Source: Chrysomallon squamiferum (Eukaryota; Animalia; Mollusca). Taken from it: a stretch of 64,000 nucleotides of DNA. The stretch is taken from the NCBI GenBank assembly GCA_012295275.1, contig CM022668.1:5518001-5582000 (forward strand), written 5' to 3'. The notes under the pieces are model-generated. The model was given only the letters and a program-made list of their open reading frames with translations, did not search any database and had not been told where the DNA came from. This document shows, piece after piece, positions 1 through 13,150 of this stretch. Positions within the stretch are counted from its first letter, which is position 1. Each line of letters starts with the position of its first letter. A program made the translations under genes and the position numbers.

Positions 1-2963
1 TGCAGGAACAGACACAAAGTCTGCTAGGATGCTATGCCGTAAACCACCACAAGATACACCCTTCTGCAGAAAACTCGTGAATAAATTATGGAAGCGAGTG
101 AAAACGCCACATATATGAAAAAGGATATGTAGGCGGTCACCTCTGTATCTGGGTAAGTCCCACGTGCCAAGTTTTCGTGGTCCAGAAAAATGATGAAACC
201 ACGAGGATCACCCTTGCTATCCATAAACCTCATTTTGTTCATCTGCACAACTATGTTTCCAGCCAAACAGTCTGTCCCTTTAAGTTTCTTTTCTATTCTG
301 ATTTCTGCTTCACATACCTTTAGAGCAGCACGAGTTTTTGTTGCAATTGAGTCCAATGGATGCAAATGGCAATTTAATTCATTGAGTGTTTTGCTCCACG
401 TTTCATTCAGAAGCTGAATTGCAGCATGATTTGCAGGGCATCGATCAGTAAGGGTATTACAAATATTAGAAATTATTTTTGTTCTTGCAGTTTGATAATC
501 ATCCTCATGAAAGTTTGAGTATGTTCTGGCCAAGTTATTAATAGAGTCAGATATGTGCTCATGGTAATCATCAGCAGTCCCACCAGCCAGTTCATCAACT
601 GCAGCAACATAACAGTTCTCTGTGTGGCAATGTGGACACTGTCACATGTGTGCCTCCTGTGTTGTGGCATCAAACCCAAGTGTGCAGCTTTTATTCTCAA
701 TTACAGCTTCAGCTGCCTGTAATTCCGTTATTACTCCAAGTTCCCTTGTCATTGCCTCAGTAGTGGTTCTGTGTGGGATGTCCTTCAGTGGAACACCACA
801 CCGCCAAAAAAAATTCTTAAGAAGAACAGGGATATTGCTGGTTGGCACCTGATTAACAATGGCATCAAATACCATCATTCTTAGGTCTGCAGAATAGACT
901 TTTCCATTATATTTCCTCCTTCAATTAATTGTCCTTTCAATGGTAAAGGTGACAAAATCAAGATTTGCACACATTCTGGGTAGGATTCAGACATTAAGAT
1001 GTCATTTTAATGTTACTGTAGCTGATGCTAGTTTTTTTCTGTCCTTTCATTCATTTACTGGAATGTGCTAGTTAATGGAGTTTGACAGGAGTTTCGCCTA
1101 AACTCGACAGAATAGAATTCAAATCAAAGTCCTTTTCTGGTGAAACAACAACCAGCGGTTTGTCTGGCAAGTTATCACCAATTTCTCCCATGGTAATACC
1201 ACCCATACTAAAGCCATCCTCTGCAGGACCTTTGATTTCTGAAGGGTAATCAGACAGTCACAGTACAACTTGTCTCCTGGCACTAGTGTCTTTGGAGGAT
1301 TTACTAAGCATTTGTAAGTGCCCATGCTAACAATTCTTAAAGATCTAGTGCGTGCTTGCTCAGGGTGGCGATTAAGGGGATCACAACAGTTTTTCTGCAA
1401 TGTTGAAAATTTGATGAAAAGTTCTTGTTCATGATACTCTTGATGTCCTGTGTTTTGATCCCACTTCAAAGAGTGAGGAGTTCGACTTCCTCAGTTTTCC
1501 ATACACTTCGCAACAACTCCTTTTTGATATGATGGTGTTGATAACACACATTTTCAGGAGAGTTAAAGCTGCAGTTAGCCCTGGAAGAAATAAGGATTTT
1601 CAGTATTGGCCTGCACCTTCAATTCAATAGAACAAAGTCAGTGCTTTCCTAAATATTAAATCAAATCCTGAAACCCTTTCAGTAAAGTTAAGCGGGTCAT
1701 AAAATGGCAGCAGAGTACATGTGTTATTGCCAAAGGCCCACAAGTCTTGGGCACTTATGTCAATCTTCTCAAGTATAAATCACAGTTTATTAAGGTGAAG
1801 TAGACCGTGTTCATACTCTGTGCCGTCTAATGACGTCTGATTTCAGACTGGGTTGTACTGTTGTTGACTGAAACCTTGTTCAAAACCAATGGCAAGGCCC
1901 ACATGACATGATAAAATTACTTAATAGGTTTCATGAAATAAAATATTGTTTATATATCAACATCTGACATTGTGTCCAACTTAAAAAGCTTCAGATTGTC
2001 AAAGAAATGCAGATGAAGAAACTTCTTTGTCTTAAACTTCTAATTGCCATGTGTTCAATAGGGATTGCACCAGGGAATCTAAAGGAGTTCCTGACCTGCC
2101 TGAAGAATCACTTCCTGTTAACCCTTTGATTGTGTAGAACATGTCATGCCATTTGGCATCTTTTCAGATCCTTCAGGCATTCCTTCAGACATGTCAGGTG
2201 GGTTTTAACTCCAAAGATGAGTTTTTAGTCTCAGAAAAAATGTACATTGTAATGCATTGTATCAATCATCCATGCAGGTATGCATTTTTTTAAATCTCTA
2301 TTATGGCTGAACAAAAAATATTATACCCAGGAAACTTTTATATGTGAACTTTATGCATACATGTAGGCCTACAATTCTTACTTGATGATCAAGAGAGATG
2401 GTGATTCCTAGCATCCAGAATTGATCGTTCAGGTTTTAGTTAATCAGATGTTAATGGCTGAAAAGGTGTTATTTTCATGTATGTGCATTTTTTAAATCTA
2501 TATTGTGGCTAAACAAAAAATATTACACACAGGACACTTTTATATGTTTTAGTTAACATGTGGGAGATTAAATTTCAATAAACGTCATCTCAAGATCACG
2601 TGATCCACACGGTCAATTTCACGGTCATAGCAAAGGTCAAAAGGTCAAGGTACTCCGATATTTTCCAAACTAAACAAAAATGGCAGATTTGGAATCCTTG
2701 TCATTTTGCCTTTCTAACTATACCAATTTTATGAAGATTGGCCCAGTAGTTCCTGAGATATAAGGGTTCTAAGGTTGGTGGTCACACCCATTTTTGGCAA
2801 AAATCTCAAAATTCGGTGGGCCATATCTCCCACACCACTGGTCTGATTGAGCTAAAATTTCAGATTTGGTGCTGTGGGATCCCAGTCAACAAGTATACCA
2901 AGTTTCATAAAAATCTGAGACGGTCGGGTTTAAACCATTGGGTGATTTGACACGGAATGACCC
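1..2963 (-). mobile_element. Cut-and-paste DNA transposon, truncated by the left window edge; one terminus at ~2963; superfamily not assigned
   Basis: Read on the minus strand from 2963, the sequence is GGGTCATTCCGTGTCAAATCACCCAATGG...ATTTTTATGAAACTTGG...AAATTTTAGCTCAATC...GAGATATG, resembling the long structured termini of invertebrate DNA transposons. A decayed transposase lies inside. The other end is outside the window, so TIR and TSD cannot be confirmed. Confidence 0.6.
24..1600 (-). pseudogene. Frameshifted DDE/RNase H-type transposase with an N-terminal Cys/His module
   Basis: Joining ORFs 1119..1469, 642..878 and 24..533 gives ELLTL*SGI...YHEQ...KF...CCDPLNRH...LVPGDKLYCDC, then TLGFDATTQE (first catalytic D candidate), LAGGTADDY, NTLTDRCPANH (second D candidate) and ELNCHLHPLD. 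The CxxH motif after the second D is typical of hAT/P/MULE-type enzymes. Several frameshifts and stops. Confidence 0.7.
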
Positions 2964-4806
2964 TTTTGTTTTATTTCAAGTTTTATTTTAAGTTCAGAAA
3001 TTTCGTTTTTGGCAGAGAGCAGAGTTTCCGATTCAGTTTTTTTTTTTTTTTTCGCTGTTGTACTTTTTCATTTGTTCGTGGTTTTTTAAAGTTCGACAGA
3101 GCAGATTTTCTCTCATGCATGATCACCTTTGAAACGGTACTTTGTTCTTGAAATTTTGCTATCTGTTCCTCTTTCCGTCTGATTGTTTGGTTTAAGAATT
3201 TTACATATCCCTTTTTCTTTTGCCGTGCTCTCACATCTCAGACTGCAATGTGTATAGACCTTTCAAGCTGTAGCTGTTTTAGTCTCATATTTGTTAAGGA
3301 GTTATTTAATAACTTGCATGACTGGCACTTTTTGTTTGTCTGCTTTTCATGGGTGGTTTTGTCAATATTTGAATAGCAGATTCCTCTGAATCTTCTCCCC
3401 AGTATGAACTGCTATCCAATAAATTGTGTGGTTCTGGGGAAGCAGTAATGTATTGTGGGTTGCATCTCGGTCCAGGTTGGGGCTCATTTTGTTTTCCGGG
3501 TACATTCTCAACATTGCAGATTTCCATAAGGAAACATTTTTCAGAACACAAACACATAAATTTGGTAAACTGTACAGCATAAGCTAGATTTCAAAACTTA
3601 TTGAAAGGTGCACAACTTTCTTTACTTCAGCAGAAAGTCTCAAGTCAGTAGGGTTAGGAGTTAGTGAAAAATGACTACATAATTCACTAACTGTTGTTGT
3701 TCGACTGTTACCACAGCTAGTGTAAATATAAAGCACGTGTCCTTTCAAAAACTCATCTGTTGCAGGAACTGTGGAATACTTTTCTTGCAGATGCTGTCTA
3801 CCTAAGCTAATTAGGCATTGTTTCTTTTTACATTTGGTAAAAAAAATAACCCAGTATCTGGATCTTTTAAACGAATTACATGTCTGGCTTCACTGGCAGC
3901 TTCTAGCTTTATGATGTGGCATTGTAGTTTGTTATTTTCCATTTCAAGATTTTCCTTCCGTCTTCTTTCTGCTTTTCGAATAGATTGTACGTAGCAGACG
4001 GACATGTTGAATGGAAAGTGCTGCTACCTTGTCTCTTGTTTTCTGTGCGAGACATTTTCATTCCAAGATTCTCATTGTGTCGTTGAGCTAAAACAAGTTG
4101 TCTTCCATAACATTCAAGTTTTAAGTTCACTTCTGGTGTATTTGGGGATGGGAGGTCAGGAACTGGATTTGAGTCAAATGCAGGGACAAATGGTGTCATT
4201 CTAAATGAATTAAGAGCTGTGTCATCACCAATCTTGCCACTGTTGCTCTGCAATTTTCTTAATTCTTTCATTATTTTCTCCAACATAATTTTGAAATTGG
4301 GTTGGGCAATGTCTGTTTTGATATGTCAGTAAACCAAGAGTGTAAGTGATGAGATGGTAGCTTCTGCTTCCTGCAGAAATGTTCAAGTTCTGTCAGCAAG
4401 CTATTGTTGGGAGAAGAATCCCTGCATTTCAATGATCCTTCTAGCAAAGCTTGCCTTGTCAAGCCAGCTTTAAAACAAAAATCTCCAATACCTTCAGTAT
4501 CCACCAACTTTTCAAGGAAGCCTGCAGCTTCAACTGGAGTCTGTATTTTCAGAAATGTTCTTGAGGCACATTCTGTTAAATACTCAGTTGATAGGCTACT
4601 GATGGACTAGTGAATTTCCTGATAAATTTTTCAGTCTCTTCCCATGTCTTGTTGCCTTCTTCTTTCAGCAGTTTCACTTGTACCAGAAGTCTGTTCATGA
4701 TTTCCACCTTTTCTTCTTCCTTTGCCTGTCTGCAGGAAAGCACTCTTCTAATTTCAATACAAATAAATCAGTGGAATTAATGTCACTGCAGGAATGTTTC
4801 ACCCAG
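2964..4806 (-). pseudogene. Decayed ORF chain of unknown product (charged/coiled-coil), probably transposon-derived, cut off at 2963 by the element above
   Basis: Consecutive, partly overlapping same-strand ORFs (4271..4507, 3909..4286, 3811..4005, 3306..3557, 2983..3234) with complex protein-like composition and higher GC than the sequence to the right. A candidate acceptor tatattgcag lies at ~4807. Confidence 0.45.
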
Positions 4807-6646
4807 CTGCAATATATATATAGTTTAAAAGTTAATGGTCATCTGGAGTTTATCAACACTTAAACTGATTTTAAAATTTCATTTTTTGCTTTATCATTTT
4901 ATCATTTAATATTTACGATATTAAAAAACATCCTAATTATAAAAAAAAATCCTTTTTTATTTTATTCAACATTTGAGCAATAATACTGGTATTCTGGCTT
5001 TTAATTATATACACGATCCTTAATTTTCCCGTTTATCGTGAGCATTTTGCAGAGTAAAACAGTTGCCTTTGCTTAGAGCAGACGAAACAGTAATGAACAG
5101 GGATGTTTGCTTGAGTGTTGTAGAGTGTGAAGGTTAGAAACAGAATAGTGAATCTATCTGATTTGCACTTTAGCAGTCAGTTATGTCATATTTTATTATT
5201 TACTATCAGAAAAACATATTACTGTAATTCAAACTAAGAACTCCGAAATAAAGTTTACCATTTTACAAAGTTTAAAAAATTAACTGTTATATGTGGAAAA
5301 AACATCTTGCGTAGTTAAAGTGTGAATCTTATCTAATTCGCAGTTGTGCAGAGAAAGTCTGATTGTAATCATAACTGGATACACAGCTACTGTGACAAAG
5401 ATGGATGATCTTGTCTTTCTCTAACATAAAACCTGATTATCTATGAACCTATTTTCATTAGCTGCATTTGTTTACATATATTAACTATAGATACTTTATT
5501 AATGTATATTTTTTATACAATCTATACTCTTTCAGATTATCTAGTTCATATATATATATAAATAGAGAAAATATAAAATAATGACAAATATTAGAGAGGT
5601 TTAGCATAGACATAATGTGTTCATATATTGATTACATATGGACCTTACAATACAGGTCATATATGTAACTCACTTTCAGTTTAGCTTCCACATAAAACAC
5701 TAAGTTTGTATCAAAATAGTTCAAGAAAGGGAAGTAACTATAGCTCTAGAACTCTTAAAAAGCTTTATTTGAATATATGCAGCTTTGGTTTTAACATGTA
5801 TATAAAACACATTGTTTATATTGCCAAATGACCAAAATCAATTACTGGTTCTCCATAGTTTTTGAAAGAAAAATGCAAGCAAATTTTATTCAGATAAATA
5901 TTCATAGTCTTGTTCATATCAAAGTTATCAAAGATGCCTTTGAGTGATTTTAATCTGTTTTTATTGTTTTTTTTCTGATACATAATTTAATATGAAAATA
6001 CATTTTTTGAAAATTTTGTAACATACAAGTTATTTGTTATTTGTTTCTCTTACAGTAGCATAGTACACACAAAACTACAGACTGGCTAGAATTTTTGTTT
6101 GCAAACAAATACATTTTCAGTCTATTTCTCAGCAAGAATCTAAACAACATTTTAAGGTAATATAAGGGTCATCAACATTAATTTACTACTTTTCAAGCAT
6201 ATATTAGTTTGAATTTAGCACCTGAAATTGTAATCTCATTCAGCCAAAGGTACGCAAGTCCAACCACAGCTTTTTTTGAGAGAAGAGATCTGTCTTTAGC
6301 AATCATTTATGTGAAATGCACATACGTAAGTACTTCACTATGCATAAACATGCACATTTAGGCATGTCCTATATTGAGAAGATCTCACAAAAAAGACAAT
6401 ACAGATTTGGTATATGAAAGTTACGTCTATGCTAAACCTCTCTATTAAATAAATATGTATTGATAATTATAACTACCAATATATGAAAATAATTAACGTT
6501 CTATTTAACTGTCTGCAATACCTGTTTACAGGGAAGTGTGCAATGACAAACATTCAATGACAGTTTCTAAATTGTAAAAGTTATGTTGCATTAATAAGCA
6601 GCCAAGATGTGGTCAGTTTACAGGTTTTAAATTTGTACAGCTGTGT

Positions 6647-6772
6647 GGCTTCGCTCTTCACTCTGATTTTGTGGTTTTCACCACATATGCAGGAATCTTG
6701 TAGCTAGGGGCTTCGCTCTTCACTCTGATTTTGTGGTTTTCACCACATATGCAGGAATCTTGTACTAGGGGC
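6647..6772. repeat. Tandem duplication of a ~62-bp unit (2 copies)
   Basis: GGCTTCGCTCTTCACTCTGATTTTGTGGTTTTCACCACATATGCAGGAATCTTGTA occurs twice in succession. Confidence 0.9.
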
Positions 6773-6993
6773 TTAGGGGTTGTGAGACAGTTAAAGTAAA
6801 AATCCTTGGTTTGGGAGCAACGAACTGGCTGATCTGTTTCATGAACACAGAGGTAATGGGGAGGTGTGAGGGAGAACATGAAACTTTGGCCTTGTTTTTA
6901 TAAGCATTTGGCTGCATGATGTTGTAAGAAACATTTCTCCCTTGTTTTGTTTTGTTTCTTTGATGTTGTCATTAGACAGTGTAATGTGTGTCA

Positions 6994-7535
6994 TTGACAA
7001 CATACTGTTTAATCTGTGTGTGTGTCTTTAACAACATACTGTTTAATCTGTGTGTGTGTCATTAACAACATACTGTTTAATCTGTGTGTGTGTCTTTAAC
7101 AACATACTGTTTAATCTGTGTGTGTGTCATTAACAACAGACTGTTTAATCTGTGTGTGTGTCTTTAACAACATACTGTTTAATCTGTGTGTGTGTCTTTA
7201 ACAACATACTGTTTAATCTGTGTGTGTGTCATTAACAACATACTGTTTAATCTGTGTGTGTGTCATTAACAACATACTGTTTAATCTGTGTGTGTGTCTT
7301 TAACAACATACTGTTTAATCTGTGTGTGTCATTAACAACATACTGTTTAATCTGTGTGTGTGTCTTTAACAACATACTGTTTAATCTGTGTGTGTGTCTT
7401 TAACAACATACTGTTTAATCTGTGTGTGTGTCTTTAACAACATACTGTTTAATCTGTGTGTGTGTCATTAACAACATACTGTTTAATCTGTGTGTGTGTC
7501 TTTAACAACATACTGTTTAATCTGTGTGTGTGTCT
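6994..7535. repeat. 34-bp minisatellite, ~16 copies
   Basis: Unit TTAACAACATACTGTTTAATCTGTGTGTGTGTC(T/A); consecutive starts at 7028 and 7062. Confidence 0.95.
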
Positions 7536-7585
7536 TGGGCAATTTCACATGTAAATAAGAACAATTAAAATATCCTCAAAACAGA

Positions 7586-7667
7586 AAAATGTATTTATCT
7601 GACGAATGTAGATCGATAAATATATATATATCTATATCGATCTACATTTGTCAGATAAATGCATTTT
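7586..7667. repeat. Near-perfect inverted repeat: 33-bp arms, 16-nt TA-rich loop
   Basis: AAAATGTATTTATCTGACGAATGTAGATCGATA (7586-7618) pairs with TATCGATCTACATTTGTCAGATAAATGCATTTT (7635-7667), with 2 mismatches. Confidence 0.9.
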
Positions 7668-8859
7668 GTAATAAAAATTAATAAACTTTATATTTACTAT
7701 TGGTGTTAAATATTTGTTGTAGGTCACTGTAGTGTTATTCAGGTGCTGTCTAGAAAGTGAATTTACATCATGGAGAAGGATGAATCAGCTGTTACAGTAC
7801 CATTCTCAGTTGTGAGTTTAATTTATTTTACTTTTGTGTTGTCAACAGAAAAATAAGTTTTGTAATAGTTCTTAATTAATTATAAAATAGTGTAATAATA
7901 TTCAGTTATTTGCTGTTGTTTTGTTGCATTACTCGGTCACATAATTTATTGATCACAAAGCATGTCAGAAGCATTAGTTATTTATTTATAACTGTTTGTT
8001 TATTATTGCTTTTTATTTTTTTTAGCTCTAATTGATGTGCTGATGTTGGTGTATACCAGTGAATTTGTTTCAGTAGAACATGCTGTTCAAGCCATTAGGT
8101 ATGTGGTTGTTTTTATTTATTCATTTATTTATTAATTTTTTTATATTATCTTGTTAAATACTAAAATTTGAAATCATTTTTCTAATTAAAATGAGTTTGT
8201 TTGGCTCTGTTAAAGTTTATTTATTTTATTTGTTTGATAATATATGGTAAATTAGATTTCAGTTAAAGCTGAGGTGTATTTAAAGGCATTCATCCTTCTG
8301 CTTTGATTACTAAGTGATAGTTGAAAACAAGGATAAGTATTATGATGATTGCAGTTAAATTTGTAAATGTAAGAATGTATGAGAGAAGGAGAGAGGATGA
8401 AGGATGGCAGAGTGGGACAATGCAGTATCAGAGACTGTAACAGTTGCTGTCTTCTTGCAGTGCTGCAGTCAGGAATTGTTTTCCCAATCTACACATCAAA
8501 CTGTGACATAGGAAATATGAGGTGTTAATGCTCAGAAAATACGTTTTGGTTCACCCAGTACATCAGTGTGTGTCTCTTAGGCTGATGTTTTCACTTCTAG
8601 TTTGACAGTGTAAAGAAAAATTCCTGACAGACTGAGTAAATGTTTATATCTCTTACTGACTAGAGAAAATGGGTGAAATCTGTTTTGTTTTTCTGTTTTT
8701 CAAACACAAATAAATAAATGTATATAATCAAATTCCTCAACTAGTCTGTGATTTTTTAATTTTATTTTCTCTCTGTGTTACAGATGTTTCATGTACTCAC
8801 CCTGAATCAGAAAATTCAAATAATTTTGTACATAATATATAAAAATTTGCAATGTTTAT

Positions 8860-11800
8860 TAAGTTTTTAATGTACCAAAATTATGTAAATAAAAATATTC
8901 CTCACTTTAGGATGTTTGATAATGCTAGCTAAAAATATTAAATTAAAAATAGAATACAAAATAATTTGAAATATTTATTTCAACAAGAAAACAAGTTAAT
9001 AACTACTTTTTTATATAAAAAAACTTAATTTTAGAAAACTCTCATAAAATTCCTTACATAAAATTTAGAAAAGCATCATGTTACATATTTTTGAACTTTT
9101 AAATTAAAAATGTTTTAAAATGTTTACAAGGTTTTTCAGATGAGAGCCAAGGATGCTGTAAAATATAAAAATACCAAGATTTCTGATCTATCCAACAAAA
9201 GTATAATAATAAAATGTACAAAATGAAATAAAAAATAACCAAGATATTTGTTTACTAAAAAGTTAAAAGCTCAATAAATAACGTAATCTGAAAATTATTT
9301 ATTCTGAAAATTTATAATTTCCGATTTATCTTCCAAAACACACAAAATTATCTACTTCCATTTTATGTTTTATTAAGATATGTTTATTGACTAAATCTTT
9401 ACCAGAAGTCTTCGTATTCTTTGTTATTTTATATTTGGATTTTAAGATCAAGTAGAGTTTTGTTTAAAATTAAATTAAAAAGAAGAATACAAAAAGAAAA
9501 AAATGAAATTATCTCCCCTGGACCAAACACTTTTATATAAAATGTGTACTTTTTTTTTTCAAAGCAGTAATCAAGGATTTCTAACATAAATCATGTTTGA
9601 AAATTAAAGAATTTTTTTTTTTTTTACACAGACCTGACTGAACTTGCTGCTGTGTCTGGTCCAAACATTATGTATATTGGTCTGTATGTAACTATATCTT
9701 GTATGAACAACATTTTGACTTCCAATCTGAAATCACAGTTTTATAAATTATTCAGTAAGTAGTCCATGACTCAGACAAGTAATGTTTTTAAACTTTGGTT
9801 TGGTGTGGATTATTCTAGAGTTCTAAGTATTCCCCAAGCATTCAGCTTCTTTTTATTTTTTGTTGAGATGTTTCATTTTCTGTTATTTCTTCTGCTTGCT
9901 TAGTTCACTATGATCGGAAAACTTGAAAAACTTTGAGACAAGTAGAGAAGCCATTTAGAATGAATGGATGATTATCATTAGCACTTCTTATTATAAAAAC
10001 CCTGAAAATTTAAAACAAAAATAAATATGTCTTTATTAAAATAATATTCAGAATGGTATACACAGTATTAATATGTTCTTGATTATGTAAGTTCACCTCT
10101 GAATGTGGATTATACAATATGACATGTAAAATGAAGACAAGATATAAATCAAATCTGATGTTTTGTGACTTAATAGTACAGAGCTGTGCTAAGAAGTAAC
10201 AGATTTTTGTATCAATCTTGAGTTTGGGAGTCTGTTACTCATGTATTAAAAAATGTAACTGAAAACTGAGCATAAAAATAGCTGTCTTAATTAACAGTGA
10301 AAATGTAGAGTTTTTCTCTCACAAAAATAATAATTAACTATCATCTGAAACAGACCATTTAAAATTAATTTTCACACTTCATGGTTACCGAAAGGCCTTA
10401 GGGAAAAGTTTATTAAAATTTGTGAGAGAAAAGTTTACATTTATTTACCAGTCAAGCAGACAGTTAAACTAACGTGATGTGAAGAATCTGCTGTAAATAG
10501 ATTTCTGTACACTGTGTACAACACCAGCTTGTGTCCAAAACATCAGACATGACATTCATACATTTAAAACAAAAATGTCAGTAATAGTATTAGAAATGTG
10601 ATGTACACACAGTTTACTTACCAATCACTCAGTCTGTTAAAACAGCACTGGATGTGTGATGTAAAACATCAGACATAACATTCATACATTTAAAACAAAA
10701 ATGTCAGTAACAGTATTACAAATGTGATGTACATACAGTTTACTTACCAATGACTCAGCCTGTTAAAACAGCACTCATGTAAAACATCTGATGGTCTGTA
10801 ACTGTCCTGTGATTTCTTTGCTGTAAGAATCTGCTGTAAATAGATTTCTATACTCTGTGGTGATTCTGATACAACATCCAACTTGTTTCTGAAAATAAAA
10901 CATTAAATTGTACATTTTTGCAGAACAACTATTACAATTTTATTTCTTCATTTGAATTTGGAATGATGTTTTCAACAAATATGTATCTCGAGTGAAATAA
11001 AATAAAGTGAAGTTGTAAAATTTATTAAAATATTTCTTATGTTCCTGAATTTTTGATTATCTAGGAATGTGTGTATTTAACTCAAATTTGAACAAATCAT
11101 GCAGAACCTTTAAGTATAAATCTAATAATTTTCAAAATAAATAATATATAATTTTATTTTATTTTTATTTTTTTAAATTGGTAACAAATAAAATCTATAA
11201 TTTTTATCTTATTCTAATTTTTAAATTGAAACTTTCTAAAATACATGTTCAATTGACTATTTCCTCTTACAGCTATGTTATCACAATTGCTAAATCAATG
11301 ACAAAGTCTGTATTTACAAATAAACAATAAAATTATATGTAATAATATTAATATTAAAACATTCTCAGGTGAAATTAAGTAATTTATTATTTTAAAGTTG
11401 ATAAAATCTGGTAGTAAACTGAATTACTTGTCCATTATACCCAGCATCTGCTTACAAACATGTTGAGTACATCTGAGTCTGTACAAATTTCTCTTAACAG
11501 TCAGGACTGGAGAAGTGATTGTTCTTCACTGAACTGTGCACTACACACATGGTCAAGTGGTCATCCTTGGCCTGAAGAAACCTGACCTTTTTTCTGGACA
11601 GAAGGAGCTTGTTTATCCTGTAAAGTGATAAATTACATTTACTGGTTCCTAAAACTTAACAAAAAAGTGAGTTAACTAAGAAAAATGTAACACTGATTAT
11701 TGATAACTCCAATAAATAAAATTACAGTTACCTAAAAAAAAAATAAAGTATATAATTTATCATTGGTAATCTCTGGAAACAAAAGCAAATTACTATTTAA

Positions 11801-12412
11801 ATATCGCCTAAAATATTAAAATACAAATTGTTTAGTCAGAATAAATTTATTTTATTCACATTTTTCTGTATTTTATTATTGTTCATAACAAACAAAAGGG
11901 AAAATGTCATGTTTTTTTTTCAGTTTAGTGACAAAACTTTCATTGTGTCAAACATTTTTCTTAAAAAAGATTATTTTCCATAAAATAAAAAAATATTTAG
12001 GATGGATGAAAAGTAATTTATTTTATATATGCATAATTTTACTCCTTTCTGTTTTTAAAAACAATAAATTCATTTCCTTGTATTTTTATTTATTTTGTTT
12101 CATCTTCAAAACATCAGATTTTTATGTAAAATTTGTTTAATAATAATTTAGGATGTTTAATGTTATAGTAGCTTAATCATATCTGTGATACCAATACAAA
12201 AAATGAATTTCAAACCTCTGGTCTGTAAAAAAACATTCTGCACAGACAACACAGACACAACTGTGATAATTCCAGAACTACAGGCCAAGTGAAATGACGT
12301 GATAAACATCTTGCACAATATGGACTCCAGTGGAAATTCAACCATCTGTAAATACCATATAAATATATAACAATTATACATGATTAATAGTTGTAAAATA
12401 TTATATAATAAC

Positions 12413-12468
<56 letters not shown>

Positions 12469-13150
12469 GAACAATAACAACTGTATTTTACTTGAAAATA
12501 CCAGCATGAATCCTATAAGCTGATAAATATATAAATATAAAATATATATAAAAGTGTCTTTCACACACAATAAAATTTAAATGAATTTTTAAATATACCT
12601 ATCCACTTCATAACAGCAAGTTTATTAAAAATGTGTATATACATATATATTTTTAAATATTACTTAGCGAAATACATATATAGGCCTATATTGTATAATA
12701 TACAGTTATACTGTACGAACAGTAATACAGGGCTTGAAATGGCCAAAGTTCCGTTTGGGCGACTTGGCCTGTTTATCTATAAGTTATAATACAAGAGCCA
12801 ATATTAATGACTTTATCTCAAATATTGATTTCACATAAACGGTTTGCTCGTAGTTCGATAAATTGGATGTACCGGCCTACCTTAATTTGCCAACATCTTT
12901 TCATAAACATTAACTTTGAAAGCCGGATACCAGTTGACTGTAGTCTTGATAAACGAAACCGCGAGACTCGCTGACCCAGTATCGCAAAACTGGTCGTGAC
13001 CATTCGGATCATTCCGAACCTACCCGAATGCCGTCTTAGCTTCTGTCGTCTGCAACAATAGAGAGGTAACCACATCATAATCTCAAACCAGTATTAATTT
13101 CAACCAATTTTGTAATAAAGAGATAAACACATTAATAACTTCTTAAGTAC
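8860..13150 (-). pseudogene. Decayed multi-exon gene (copy L), likely transposon-borne; weak Ulp1-like and PHD-like remnants
   Basis: AG/GT-bounded segments at ~13150-12880 (EVINVFISLLQ...YDVVTSLL), 12345-12216 (ILCKMFITSFHLACSSG, then VCAEC in another frame), ~11618-11450, ~10888-10748 (NKLDVVS) and ~10001-9620 (NITCLSHG...NVWTRHSSKFSQVC). Homologous in inverted orientation to 57.4-60.2 kb. Confidence 0.55.
10540..10790. repeat. ~122-bp tandem duplication that includes a minus-strand splice donor
   Basis: AAAACATCAGACAT..CATTCATACATTTAAAACAAAAATGTCAGTAA..GTTTACTTACCAAT..CTCAG..TGTTAAAACAGCACT occurs twice. Confidence 0.85.

Noticed and set aside
6658-6879. KIRVKSEA similarity to KVRVKSEDA at ~53702
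   Set aside because: An eight-residue match that is not collinear with the L/R paralogy; likely chance.
6994-7535. 34-bp repeat array as a CRISPR
   Set aside because: Units are head-to-tail with no unique spacers, the context is eukaryotic, and there are no cas genes.
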